Of a stretch of DNA of 64,000 nucleotides, positions 22,895-34,546 are shown piece after piece (position 1 is the first letter of the stretch; each line of letters starts with the position of its first letter). The stretch comes from Heteronotia binoei. Its lineage: Eukaryota. The position numbers were made by a program, and so were the translations under genes. The notes beneath the pieces are model-generated. The model was given only the letters and a program-made list of their open reading frames with translations, was not told where the DNA came from and ran no database searches. Location of the stretch: positions 103,168,001 through 103,232,000 of the forward strand of contig NC_083223.1 of NCBI RefSeq assembly GCF_032191835.1, read 5' to 3'.

Positions 22895-23996
22895 TTCACC
22901 GGTAGATCATTGATGGGCTGCAGTTTCCCACCTTGCCTGTACAAACCTGTCTATTTGTGGCTGACAAACCTTTTCCTACACTGAAGCAACCCTGATCCTA
23001 TGTCAGGACTTGCCCTTAGAGACTGTACTCGTGTCCCACTCTCAAAGTTAGCACATGTCCTTTAAACCAAATAACGAAAGCCCTTTTTTTTTGTCCTGAA
23101 AAGCTGTAGGTTCCCTGGGAAAACAAGGCCTTCCCCTCCTCTCCCTTTCTTGTGCATATGCTACATTGTTTCAACAAAACTTAGAGAATAACAGAAATAA
23201 TGGCTTCAGGGAAGACTGATGGCTCAGAGTACATTCTCTGTTAATTTAACCTGTGATTGTGTATATTTATTTGTTGCTTTTATTTCAGTAGACAAAGGAC
23301 TTCAATGCATACCGAAGAATAAGCAGCCTTTTCAGCTTGTTCTCAAGGGGAGATGTTGTGAACATTTCAATAGTTTTGGGAAAACAGGCCTGGGAATGTA
23401 GTTACAAAAGGCACACACCCCACCTTCCAGCAAGACGCTTTGATTTAAAACATAAAGAAAGTTTTTCCCATTCCCTTCTTACCTCCATATATGCTTCTTG
23501 GGTTAAAGAAGATGCTGGCTATGCTGGGCAGAGAAAACACATTCTTAGCATAAGATATTAAGTAACTTGCAAAGTCCATTTGCCTGTGTATGAACTGGGA
23601 AAGAACTAATATGGGCCAGAGCCTGATGACCCACAGTCAGCAGACAGGATGGAGATTGGCTGCCTCTTTTTGCTGGGTTTGTTTCCAGGAAATAGTTCAG
23701 GTGCAAATGGGACACACACATGATAATTTCTTCTTTACAGCAATTTTCCCTATAAAATTCATGCCACACTTTTCCCAGACTGTTAAATAGTCCAGTAGCC
23801 ATTTTGCCTATGTTTAAATGGAAGTAAGTCTATTCCCAGTAGTATGGCAGTGAGAGTTGGACCATAAGGAAGGCTGAGTGCAGAAGAATATATGCTTTTG
23901 AGCTGTGGTGCTGGAGAAGAATCTTGAGAGTCCCTTGGACTGCAAGAAGATCAAATCAGTCAGTCCTAAGGGAAATCAACCCTGACTGTTCCCTGG

Positions 23997-26227
23997 TGTG
24001 GTGGTATTTATTTTGGATTGGCCCTCTTTATGATCCTAACCATATTCTTTATGATCTTAAATATACTCTTTATGAACTCTTACAAGAACTCTTTCTGAAA
24101 GTAGCCATGCTCTTATGAAATGAGCACTAAGCTCTTCAAACACCTTAGAAGCCTCTGTATTTCTCTATGATTTTTGACTGCAGTTATAGCATTTGGCCAT
24201 CAGAGCTTTCAGTCTCTCAGTATCATGGAGCCTCTATGGAGGGCCAGATGGGGTAACTGGGTACAAGGTCAACCAATATGGCAGCCATTGGCATAAACCC
24301 AGCAACTAGGTTTAGGGAACTGGTTGCCTGAAGCGTTCCCAGCCATTATTGTTTATTATTTACATTTAGCTGCAAAACTGGTGACATCAGAAGCACAGCT
24401 GAATGACACAAGTAGCTGTGTGTATGAGGTATGAGATATGAGGTCACTAGAAGCCTTTGTAAGCCCTCCACTTTTGAGCAGAAGCTGCAGACTGTATCAG
24501 AGGCAGGGACCTCTTTGTCAGTCTAGCCCAGAAATTAACAATCCTTGTTAATTTCTATTTGAGGCCTCAAACATTGAACACAGAGCATAGCTCTGACAGA
24601 ATGGGATTTGGGACTTAGATTTTAAATGGGAAAATGTAGACTAATAAGGCTAAGTCCTATTGGGACATATATTTTTCATTATTGCTTTATTGTATTTTAT
24701 GCTTTATGCTCTAATTGTGTAAACTCTTTTCTGTTCTGCCTTTCTGTCCATATATTTTAAGCCTTCTAAAGGAGTTTTCTTAAATCTAAAGGACCTGTAA
24801 AAGCAACTGTACTAATGTAATCTCTGTTCTGCTTTTCTATCCATATATCTGAAGCCTTCTGTCTAAAGAAGAAACTGAAATGTACTAATGTTTGCCTTCT
24901 ATCTAAGGAGAAACTTGGAGTTTAATAAACTGTTTTTGCTTTGAGAAGCCTGGAGTCAAATAAAATTTATCTACGAGGTCTTAAAATTTATAAGGTACGG
25001 GCTGGGTTGTCACCAGTATGCTGATGACACCCAGCTTTATCTGCTTATGGACGGCCGGCCGGTCTCCGCCCCACAAAATCTGGACCGGGCGCTACAGGCT
25101 GTGGCTGGGTGGCTCAAACAGAGCGGGCTGAGACTAAACCCAGCGAAGACAGAGGTCCTTTGCTTGGGCCGTCGTGGCCCGGGGGGAGAAATACCCCTTC
25201 CGGTTTTTGACGGTGCGCCGCTGATGGCGGCGCACAGGGTCAAGAGCCTGGGGATACTTCTGGAGCCTTCCTTAACTATGGAGGCCCAGATAGCAGCCAC
25301 TACCAAGTCCGCATTCTTCCATCTTAGGCGGGCTAGACAGCTGGCTCCCTTTCTGGAACACAACGATCTAGCAACGGTGATCCATGCTACGGTCACCTCG
25401 AGGCTGGACTACTGCAATGCCCTCTACATGGGGCTGCCCCTGTGTCAAACCCGGAAATTGAAGCTGGTGCAGAACGCCGCCGCCCGGTTGTTATTGGGGC
25501 TCCCAAGGTGGGAGCACATTCAGCCGGGACTTCGGGTGCTGCACTGGCTGCCAATATCCTACTGAGTTCGGTACAAGGTGCTGGTTATTACCTTTAAAGC
25601 CCTATATGGTCTAGGATCTGCCTACCTGAGGGACCGTCTCTCCCCGCATGTTCCCCAGAGAGCACTGAGATCGGGATCTCAAAATCTTTTGGTTGTCTCC
25701 GGGCCAAAGGAAGCCCGCTTGAAGATCACAAGGGACCGGGCCTTCTCCGTAATGGCTCCATTTTGGTGGAACCAGCTGCCGGAGGAGGTAAGGGCCCTGC
25801 AGGATCTCACCCAATTCCGCAGGGCCTGTAAGACAGTCCTCTTCCGGCTGGCCCACAACTAACGGCCCTGTAAACCGACTACTGAATACTGTATACTGTA
25901 TACTGAATTTGTATCTGAAGCTGAATAGAGTGTAGCTCCACGACCGCTGTCTGTTTTATTGATGTATAGTTATAACAAATGTTTGATTTTAATTATATAT
26001 TATGAAATGTTAATTTTAAAGTGTAATTTTATATTTTTATGTTAGTTTTATATATGTTGTAAGCCGCCCTGAGCCACTCGGTGGGAAGGGCAGGATATAA
26101 ATCCCAGATAAATAAATAAATTAGTGGGTATGTCTTAGCCTTCTGATAACTGCAGGTTGTTTTGGTAACTGCAGGTTTAGATTTTGGTATTTTATATTGT
26201 TGGGGGTACAATAGAAATCCCCCAACA
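23997..26227. mobile_element. Solo LTR (~1.1 kb without its L2 insert)
   Basis: TG...CA termini with exact 5-bp TSD CCTGG (23992-23996, 26228-26232); AATAAA near 24925. Confidence 0.75.
24998..26120 (+). mobile_element. Young L2-clade LINE 3' end
   Basis: Long open frames 25047-25565 and 25578-25862 (HQYADDTQLY, TSRLDYCNALYMGLP, LVQNAAARLL, LHWLP), CpG-rich, (TAAA)n tail. Confidence 0.9.
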
Positions 26228-27274
26228 CCTGGAAGGTCAGATGTTGAAGCTGAAGCTCAAATACTTTGGCCGCCAAATGAGAAGGGAACACTCACTGGAG
26301 AAGACGCTGATGCTGGGAAAGACAGAAGGCAAAAGAAGAAGGGGACGGCAAAAGATGAGATGGCTGGGCAGCGTTACTGATTTAACTAACACAAATTTGA
26401 GCAGACTTCAGAGGATGATAGAAGACAGGAGGGCCTGGCATGAGTTTGTCCATGGGGTCACAAAAAGTCAAACTTGACTGTGCAACTGAACAACAACAAG
26501 AAGTCTCAATTAATTCAGTGAAATTGACTTCTAATTAAACATGTACAAGATTGGGGCTATTCAGTATATAAAATTATTTTCTAAGGAAAGTTCCTGGTCT
26601 TAGATTTTTGTAATTTCCCTCCCATTTAAGCCAAATGTTTATTCTAAAACATCAGAATAAGGTATCCCAGTCTCTGCTGCCTACCATAAGCCACACTCTG
26701 TTTTGACTTGAAAAGCCAGTGAAAAATTCTGTTCCCTATTGAACCAATCATTATTTTGCCTGATGATGTGGAATCTGCATGGAAGTCCTAGTTGATTACA
26801 GCTTCACTGCATACCAGATGGGTCATTGCTTCCACATGCATGATTATATTTCCCATAAAAAGGTGTGCATCCATGTTTAGAAAATGAAGAGTGTCATTTA
26901 TTATTGGAGTTAATATAATGTAAAGAATCAGGAAAACTAAAATTAGTTAATACTTATTTCTCTTTTTTATTATGGAGCTTACAGAGATAGAAGAAGATGG
27001 TGAGACTTTGCAATGGAAGTAGCATCAAATAGATTTTGCAATAGAAAGAAAATTGTGCTGATATGCAAGGCTACCAGAAAAGAGGGACTGGAGGACACAG
27101 TTCATAAGACCCTAAATGCCCTGGGTGCCCATGAAGCAAGACAAATCATGTGCTTTGCTTTAATCTGCTGTCAGAGTTGGATTCGGATATTGGGGAAGGG
27201 AGAGAAAATCTTTGTTATCAGGCCTATGCATTTATTTTATTGTTTCACTTCTTTTATACTCCTACTTTTCTGGT

Positions 27275-27702
27275 CCCAATGAGGACCCAAAGTGGCTTAC
27301 ATCATTATTTCCTCCTCTAGTTTATCTTCACAACCACCTTGTGAGGAAGGTTAGGCTGAGAGTATATGATAGGGTTGCCAGGTCTGTGTTGGAAAATACC
27401 TGAAGACTTTGGGGGTGGATCCAGGAGAAGGTGGGGTTTGGTGAGGGGAGATGGTTTAGCATGGTACAATGCCACAGAGTCCACTCTTCAAAGCAGCCAT
27501 TTTCTCCATGGGAGCTGATTTCTTGTCAGCTGGAATTCAGTTGTAAAAGTGGGAGATCTCCTGGCCACACCCAGAGGGTGCCAACCCTAGTATATGACTA
27601 GCTCAAGGTCAACTACCAAATTACCACAGCAAAATGGGGATTCAAACCTGGATCTCCCAGATTTGAGCCCAGCACTCTCACAACTACACCACAATGGCTC
27701 TC
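27275..27702 (-). mobile_element. Squam3/MIR-like SINE interrupted by an hAT MITE
   Basis: caaccaccttgtgaggaaggttaggctgagag...ggggattcaaacctggatctccc...actacaccacaatggctctc. Confidence 0.7.
27370..27589. mobile_element. hAT (Blackjack-like, TAGGGTTGCC TIR) MITE, 220 bp
   Basis: TAGGGTTGCCA...TGCCAACCCTA with exact TSD GTATATGA (27362-27369, 27590-27597). Confidence 0.85.
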
Positions 27703-27770
27703 AGGATATGTAGCAGCCCTGCTAATTGTTCCCTTTCAGCAATTATTAGTGGCTTGGGAAGAGCTTTCTT

Positions 27771-27773
<3 letters not shown>

Positions 27774-27818
<45 letters not shown>

Positions 27819-27840
27819 AGTGAGAGAGAGAGAGTGAGAG
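27774..27840. repeat. (CT)n followed by imperfect (GA)n microsatellite
   Basis: Direct reading of the sequence. Confidence 0.95.
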
Positions 27841-29223
27841 CAAGGCATGGTGTGTTGCTATGAAGGTACTGCCTGCTGCAAAATTGCTGACATGTCTTAC
27901 AATCAAAATACACCCCATACCCAATATGTAAAACTGCATGCCTTAATATGCATGCAAAATTTCAGCTTCTTGCCTGTTCAAGGAGTGATTGTGTATAAAA
28001 CTGAGACTCTGGCTCCTAAAAATTTCCAAGAAAGATCCCTTGAGTGAAAGAGGGAATCCTGTGAATTTCATCTCAATTGGATGAAAAACACAAGTTACAC
28101 TCTTAACACAGAAATGTGTTTCATGTTGACACTAGAGGGAAAAGAGTAAAATGAAAGTATGCAGTAACAAATGAAATAACTTTAAAACTTGAGAATAAAG
28201 TTAAAATGAAATAAATGCTCACCTTGATTTCTAACTTTTTTTCACTTCACATCTGTTCACAAGCAGCAGTCTTTAAACCTGTAGGATTGCTGCAGATAAT
28301 TTTAAACCAATCTACAATTTTTTTCTCCATAATATGAAAGTTAACAATAGGGAATTTTGAATGTCTAAACTAGCATATCTAGATGAAAAGAGGTCTCTTC
28401 CAACTTTATCAAGGGCCAATAATGAAAAAGAAATGTTGGAATTGTTTTTAGCTCCACAAGGGACTATTTTCTGCTTTCAGTGACTGGTATGCTTAAGATC
28501 ACTTCTTCACACAAAATTTCTGCATCATCTTGTTTGCAAGTCTCACCACAGACATTTTTATGGGTACAAATTCAACTATTTTTGCTGCTACTGTTTGTTG
28601 GAATATTTTTGTATGTAAACAGATCCTCAATGGAAAATAGAATTTTTACTATCCCACAGGTTAAAAAAATGCATGTTTTAAAAAATTGGATGTATGGAAC
28701 ATCAAACTGTTGTTTATGATTTAAGAACAACATATGGGCACATTATCACCAACTATTATTTAAAACACATCTTCCACTTTATTGTTGTGTTTACAAAATT
28801 AGAATGATGTTTGGAAGGGGTTATTTGAGAACCAGTGGGTAATTAATGTGGATAGTATGGTCATACCTTGGGCCAATCACTGTTTCTCAGAAAACTTGCT
28901 TCACGGAGCTGTTGTAAGGATTAAAATTAGGTGGGAAATTACATGTATACCTTCTGGGGTTCCTTGGAGACGTCAAGAAATAAATGACAGTTTTATGTTG
29001 TTAATAAATTTGTCTTGACATTTTTGTTATCCCATCCATCAAATACTTGCTTTTTTAACAAGCGAAGACATTTATATCTACTTTCAAGTATACAATTGTG
29101 CATGAACTTTTTCAAATATCAGGATGTGAAAGTTAAGTTACACAAAAAGCAAGTTACCTGCAGTCCTCCCTCTACCTTTTTTTAGAAATTGTGGAAGGGA
29201 AATGCTTCACCCTTTCTTTTCCA

Positions 29224-29345
29224 AAGCAGGAGTCAAGTAGCACCTTTAAGACCAACATTCTGAATAAAACTTTGTTGGTCTTAAAGGTGATGCTTGACTC
29301 CTGCTTTGTTCTACTGCTTCAGACCAACATGGCTGCCCATCTGGA
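29224..29345 (+). mobile_element. 122-bp Penelope-derived fold-back
   Basis: Inverted arms gcaggagtcaag..ctttaagaccaaca / tgttggtcttaaagg..cttgactcctgc, a 38-nt tail, and 13-bp TSD CCTTTCTTTTCCA (29211-29223, 29346-29358). Confidence 0.8.
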
Positions 29346-29500
29346 CCTTTCTTTTCCAGTATTTTTACAGCTATTTTATATGTTTAAAATGGACTTTTGA
29401 TCTGTTTAGTATATGTAACCTGTCCCTTTCTTCAAGGGGCTCAGTAGAAAAGAGCACCTGTTCACTAGCACCTTAAAGACTAATCAAATTTATGGTAGGG

Positions 29501-29538
29501 TATGAGTTTTCATGAGTCATTGCTCACTTCTTCAGATA
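29501..29538 (-). ncRNA. Hammerhead motif in a Penelope pLTR fragment (~29460-29540), core intact, stems decayed
   Basis: Minus strand tat-CTGAAGA-a-GTGAG-caatga-CTCAT-GAAA-ACTC-ata, followed by the pLTR end agtctttaaggtgcta. Confidence 0.65.
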
Positions 29539-29777
29539 AGACCAGGAGCTCAGAATAACATACTATTTCCCCACCACCACCATTAATCCTCAAAACAGTC
29601 CTGTGAGATATTTTATTTATTTATTTACAAAACTGCATGTAGCTCACTGTCTTGTATAACAAATGTGTGGAAATGATGATGAGTTGGGCACAATAAAAGC
29701 AACTGTCTCAGGCTCTAACCAAATGAAGGTGGTGGGCCATTTTACTTTCTCTGCCTCAGCTATGTTAGCATAGGAAT

Positions 29778-30040
29778 TAGGGTTGCCAAGTCCCTCCCCA
29801 CCAGTGGGGATGCTCTAGCAATTTGGGGCAAAACTCCCCCCCCTCCAATTGCTAGAGTGTCCCCACACGATGTGTCCAGTGCAATATGTCCCTTCTGGGT
29901 GATGTCATCCTTCTGCACACTGCTGTGCATGACGGAGCTCTTTGGGGGTGGGGATCCTCTTGTGGCCTGCTCTGTGCTGGAGAGTTGGAGACCCCAAAAC
30001 CAGGGGAACCTCTGCCTCTAGCAGGAACTTGGGAAGCCTA
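29778..30040. mobile_element. TAGGGTTGCC-type hAT MITE, older
   Basis: TAGGGTTGCCAAGT...ACTTGGGAAGCCTA; degenerate TSD ataggaat/atatgtat. Confidence 0.65.
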
Positions 30041-31699
30041 ATATGTATCCATGCTAGATCTCAATTATGGCTTTTCCCTTTGCAAATGGTGTTGATGAAG
30101 TGCTAGCCCTTTTTGTCAAGGAGTCCTCGGCTGAACCCCATGGGTCCTCTGAGCTGTTGCACACAAGTGATTTGACTTAAATTTACAAAAAAGGTTTATA
30201 GAGATTTATTTAATTTCTATCAAAATAGAAGTTTAATATACAAGCAACACATTACCTCAGGTTCTTACAGCAGAAAAACAAGAAAGCTAGTGTAACTATC
30301 TTAATATTTTCCAGGACTTGTGTTAGATGGCAAAAACCTTAAATCCAAATAAAAAGGCCATAGCTCAGGCATTCTGTATGTTGCTAGCAATCACAATTCA
30401 ATCATGAAATAGTCCAGGTCTTTAGTCCATTAGAATCCAAGCTAACTTTCTTCTTTGGGTTCTCAGCTCAACTCTAGTTTGTTGGCCAAGCAGCATCAAG
30501 TGATGATGATATCCAATTAGCACGTAGTCTTGCTGGAATCCTCTAGAAAATTACCTCACCACTTCTGACCTCCTCCCACCCATCCTATGGGCCAAAGGTT
30601 CTCGTGAGAAGCTAATTACCACTTTTCATCTCTGGCCTTGAAGATGCTAAAAGCTACGGAGACTGAGAGATCAATTAATAGCACCTGTAGGATGGAACGG
30701 GCCCAGTACCATGCACTACCCTTGACAGGAGAAGTCTGGAAAGCTTTGCCTCACAACTTTACCCACATGAATTTGTCCATCTCTCCCTTATATCCATATG
30801 AGATTCTGCATCACATAATTTAGCTCTTATCAAAGATGCTCTTTCCAAAGAAAACTGAAGAATGGAACTTTATTCAGTATAGACAGTACAATGCAAAACA
30901 ATCAATGCAAGACATTCCTGCTGCCTCAACATCCCCATCAGCAGCATCCTTTGCAATTGGTCTCACTGGTGCTAACTGGGAATGACTTGCTTCCTCCAAG
31001 TCTTTGTTCTTCCTGGAATACTAGCTGAGTGATACTAAAACATCTCTTTGCATGCCTTTCTTTGGGGTGGGGACTTGCTAAAATAGTAATGTAATGTTTG
31101 AAGTACAATATTCTTCTCTGTATGTTCTAGACTTAGTGAGTTATACTTATTAGTGGCCTAAGATTTAAAGGTGTGACCTCTGACGGCATACTTTTGTGTT
31201 AATCATTTACTGTTTGATTTCAACAACTTGTTCACCTGTCTGAGCCCCCTCATTGCAAATGAAGATGCTGAAACTGCCTCACAGCAAAACAGCTGTGAAA
31301 ATGACTATTTATAGCAGTTTTCGCATGGTATGCTCCCTTTGGAATATAAAACATAGCACTTGGCATAATAATTAAACACGTGCATGGCACTTTTCAGTGT
31401 TCCAAAGTGCTTTACTATCTTTATCCATTTTTTGCCCACACATAGCAACTCACTAAAATCCCATTTTTTAAAAAAAGATGAGGAAATGAGGCTATAACAC
31501 AATATCTTACCCAAAGTCACTCTGCAAGATTTTGATTTTAACCATCAACAATATCACACCAGTCAATACTACCATTTTCCTAATAACCATGGGACTGATC
31601 TATAAAAAAACAAGAGAATTTAGTAAATTTCAATGATCCAATCTAGTTTTTTGATCCACATGACTCAGCCATAAGCGGAAGATTACTAAATGTGTCTAA

Positions 31700-31910
31700 C
31701 GTTTTATTTATTATTTATTTATTTTCCACCCTTTCCTGCAAGCAGGCTCAGGGTGGCTGACACATAATAAAACAATAAAAGTTCATAAAAGCATCAACTA
31801 TTTCATCCAATAAATATTTCAGTACTTAATACTGGATGGCAGTTATTCTTGACCAATTACACTGGATGCTACAACAATGTCAGGGGGGCATATTTCTCTC
31901 AACTAAACAA
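31700..31910 (-). mobile_element. L2 3' tail fragment
   Basis: (TTTA)n followed by ccaccctttcctgcaagcaggctcagggtggct, as in the 14423 copy. Confidence 0.6.
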
Positions 31911-31988
31911 GATCAGTTGATATTAACCAAGTTCATTTATTTATTTAATTTATGAATTGTCTATTTTTTATGATGTAATGCTGCAGAA

Positions 31989-32795
31989 CAGGGGTGTCAA
32001 ACTAATTTGTTAAGAGGTCTGGATCTGACATAAATGGACTTTGTGGGGTCGAGCTATGCAAGTCCTAAAATGTATAGACTTTATAAAGGACACAAGCAAA
32101 CACAATTTAAAATATTATTTTTTTAACTTGAAATAAAAATATGCTTAAAAATCTTGCAATATTTTGCTTAAAACGGAAAGGTGGGGAATAGTGGGATTTT
32201 GCAATGCAATTTTAAAAATAAAACATAAAGAAAAAACCCAATAAAATGCTCTCAGTCTGGCAAAACATGAAATGGCAGAGCATTACAAGCTTCTCCCCCA
32301 CCTCCGGGTCTACTCAGATTAGCAATGGCTCTCCAGTGTAATATTCTGCTTTGGCTGTGGGTTCCCAAGTTAAAATACTTACTAGGCAATAGTTCTCATG
32401 TCCATTAAGAAGAGACAAAGCTGGCTCAAAGCATCATTGCTTGATTGCAAGGACACAACTCCAGGAAGCTTCAGCTTGCCATAGGAATGCTTGGAAGTTA
32501 GACTGAGCTCCACACCGTTGAAACCATAGACAAAGTTGCAAGGAAAAAATGGAGTGGATTTTCCATTCAGGTCTGTTCGGCCCAGAAGCCTGAATGGAAA
32601 ATCCATTTTGTATTTTCTTTGCAGCTTTGCTTTCTGCTTTAGCCTCTGCAATTGAAGGGAGAACAAGCTGGGAACTCTGGCATCCTCAGAGCCTCAAAGA
32701 GGGAGGGCAGGAGGGGAGACAAGGGAGCCCTGTGAGCCTGATTGAAGCCCTGGATGTGCCAGTTTGGCCCATAGGCCAAATGTTTGACACCCCTG
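31989..32795. mobile_element. hAT-Charlie-like non-autonomous transposon (807 bp)
   Basis: Perfect TIRs CAGGGGTGTCAAAC / GTTTGACACCCCTG; TSD ctgcagaa/ctccagaa. Confidence 0.85.
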
Positions 32796-32804
32796 CTCCA
32801 GAAG

Positions 32805-34010
32805 ATGAGTTGTTATAAGGAATACAGTTGAGGCAGATTGAGTGGATTAAGCAGGGATGGCCAATGTCCTGTGGACATCCATTGCCTCATCTAAAAGCCT
32901 CCATTTTGCAGGTCTTGTGGAATTGTAATAAATCCTGAAGCGCCCTAATCTCAACCAGAAGCATGTTCCATCAGGCAGGGGCCAGGGCTGAAAACTTCCT
33001 GGCCCTGGTCGATGCAGAGGGAGGACATCCTTCAGGCCAAACAGTGCTGCTGTGAAAGAGCGCAAGGCTCTTCTGGACACATATTGGGAGACATGTACCT
33101 TAGGTACATTGGTCCCTGGCTGCATAGGTCTTAAAGGTTAGTACCATCACCGTGAATCTAATCCAGTACTCAACGAGCAATGGACACAGTTTGTGCAGCA
33201 CTGGCTGAATGTGCTGAATGTGCATCCGCATAGACATTCCAGTTAACAGGAACTGAGGGAAGCGAAAGAACTTCTGCGCCTGAGGTTGGTGGAGCTTGAA
33301 CTGAGATCTGCTAGAGCTAGTCTTTCTGCACACATTTTCTTAGGGAAGCAAGCCGAAGTACTGTCCCCAGCCAGGTATCTTTTCAACATCACTATCCCAA
33401 AATATCGGATAGCTTTCTCAAAAGCACGACTCAACGCACTTTTCTCTCGGTGCTTTTGGGACGTTACGCTGGGTACCCATATCTGGAAAGATTGTGCCCC
33501 TGCAATTGCAATGAGGTTGAAACAACTCTCCACATCGTTTTGCACTGCCCTAATTACAATGACTTGAGGGCAAGATTAATCTCTCCAATTCTTGGGTCCT
33601 TGGCAGGGAGGCAGGAGGATGAACAAATTGCCTTCCTCCTGTCTGACGCTCATTCTGATGTTTCATCTAAGATTGCCCGTTTCTGTTATGCTGCTCAGTT
33701 GGAAAGGAGGGAAATTGAGAGTGTACATCTTGGTTATGAGTTTTAACAATATGTGTAATAGTAGGAGTCAGGAATTTTGTGTAAGAGGTGATGGGTTTGT
33801 TTTTATGATTTTGTTTTTGTTTGTATTAAGCTGGTCGGATGACCATGAATAAAGAACTAACTAACAACCAGCAATGGACGCAGTTTTTGCAGCACTGGCT
33901 GAATGTGCATCCGCATAGACATTCCAGTTAACAGGTACACCATTGCATTTTGTACGAGCTGAAGCTTCTGGGTCAGACCCAAGGGTAGGTTCAACATACA
34001 GTGAGTTGCT
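32805..34010 (-). mobile_element. L2 fragment (minus strand), interrupted by another LINE
   Basis: Minus-strand LHKLCPLLVEYWIRFTVMVLTFK and FSPGPGSFQPWP-like L2 C-terminal motifs. Confidence 0.65.
33251..33864 (+). mobile_element. LINE 3' end with a C-terminal Cys/His motif (RTE-X-like)
   Basis: KYRIAFSKARLNAL..LLGRY...ERLCPCNCNEVETTLHIVLHCPNYNDLR; tail ggtcggatgaccatgaataaagaactaactaac. Confidence 0.7.
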
Positions 34011-34351
34011 GTAATCTAACCTGGAAGCAATCTGTTGCATGGATTACTGACACAAAGTCATGAAGGGAGAGGTAGGGAACCAGTGGCCTGACCAGCCAAA
34101 GATGGTGAAAAGCTGACTTGGTGAAAAGGTGACCTGAGCCTCCATAGACACTTCCTGTAAATCAGCCTCTGGGAATAGAGGAAGTGACATAAGCCACTCT
34201 TATATTTTCTATCTATCCATAGCACTAACTATGTACTGTGTAAGTATATACAAAAAACATAAATGTTTTTGGTATATATTTGACAAACTATTGTATGGTT
34301 CAGCATATAAATCATTTTCTTGTTTCTAGAGGGCTCCAGACACACTAGAAC

Positions 34352-34546
34352 CAGTGTTCCCTCTAAGCTACATTAGTGTGAGCTAGCTCACAGTTTTTTA
34401 GCCTCTGGCTCACACATTTTTGTCTTAGTTTAGGAAAAATGGCCCCAGAGCAAACTAATTTATGCAGTGGCTCACAAGTTTTAATGCTAGTAGCTCTCAA
34501 AGTACGATTTTTGCTCACAAGACTCCACAACTTGGACAGAGCAATG
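34352..34546. mobile_element. hAT MITE (CAGTGTTCCCTCTAAG family)
   Basis: 5' TIR CAGTGTTCCCTCTAAG, decayed 3' TIR, exact TSD ACTAGAAC (34344-34351, 34547-34554). Confidence 0.8.

Larger units (their letters stand above)
23831..26499 (+). mobile_element. BovB 3' fragment split by an LTR insertion (pieces 23831-23996 and 26228-26499)
   Basis: The left piece ends INPDCSL(cctgg) and the right piece resumes (cctgg)EGQMLKLKLKYFG..HGVTKSQT with a ctgaacaacaacaa tail. Confidence 0.88.
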
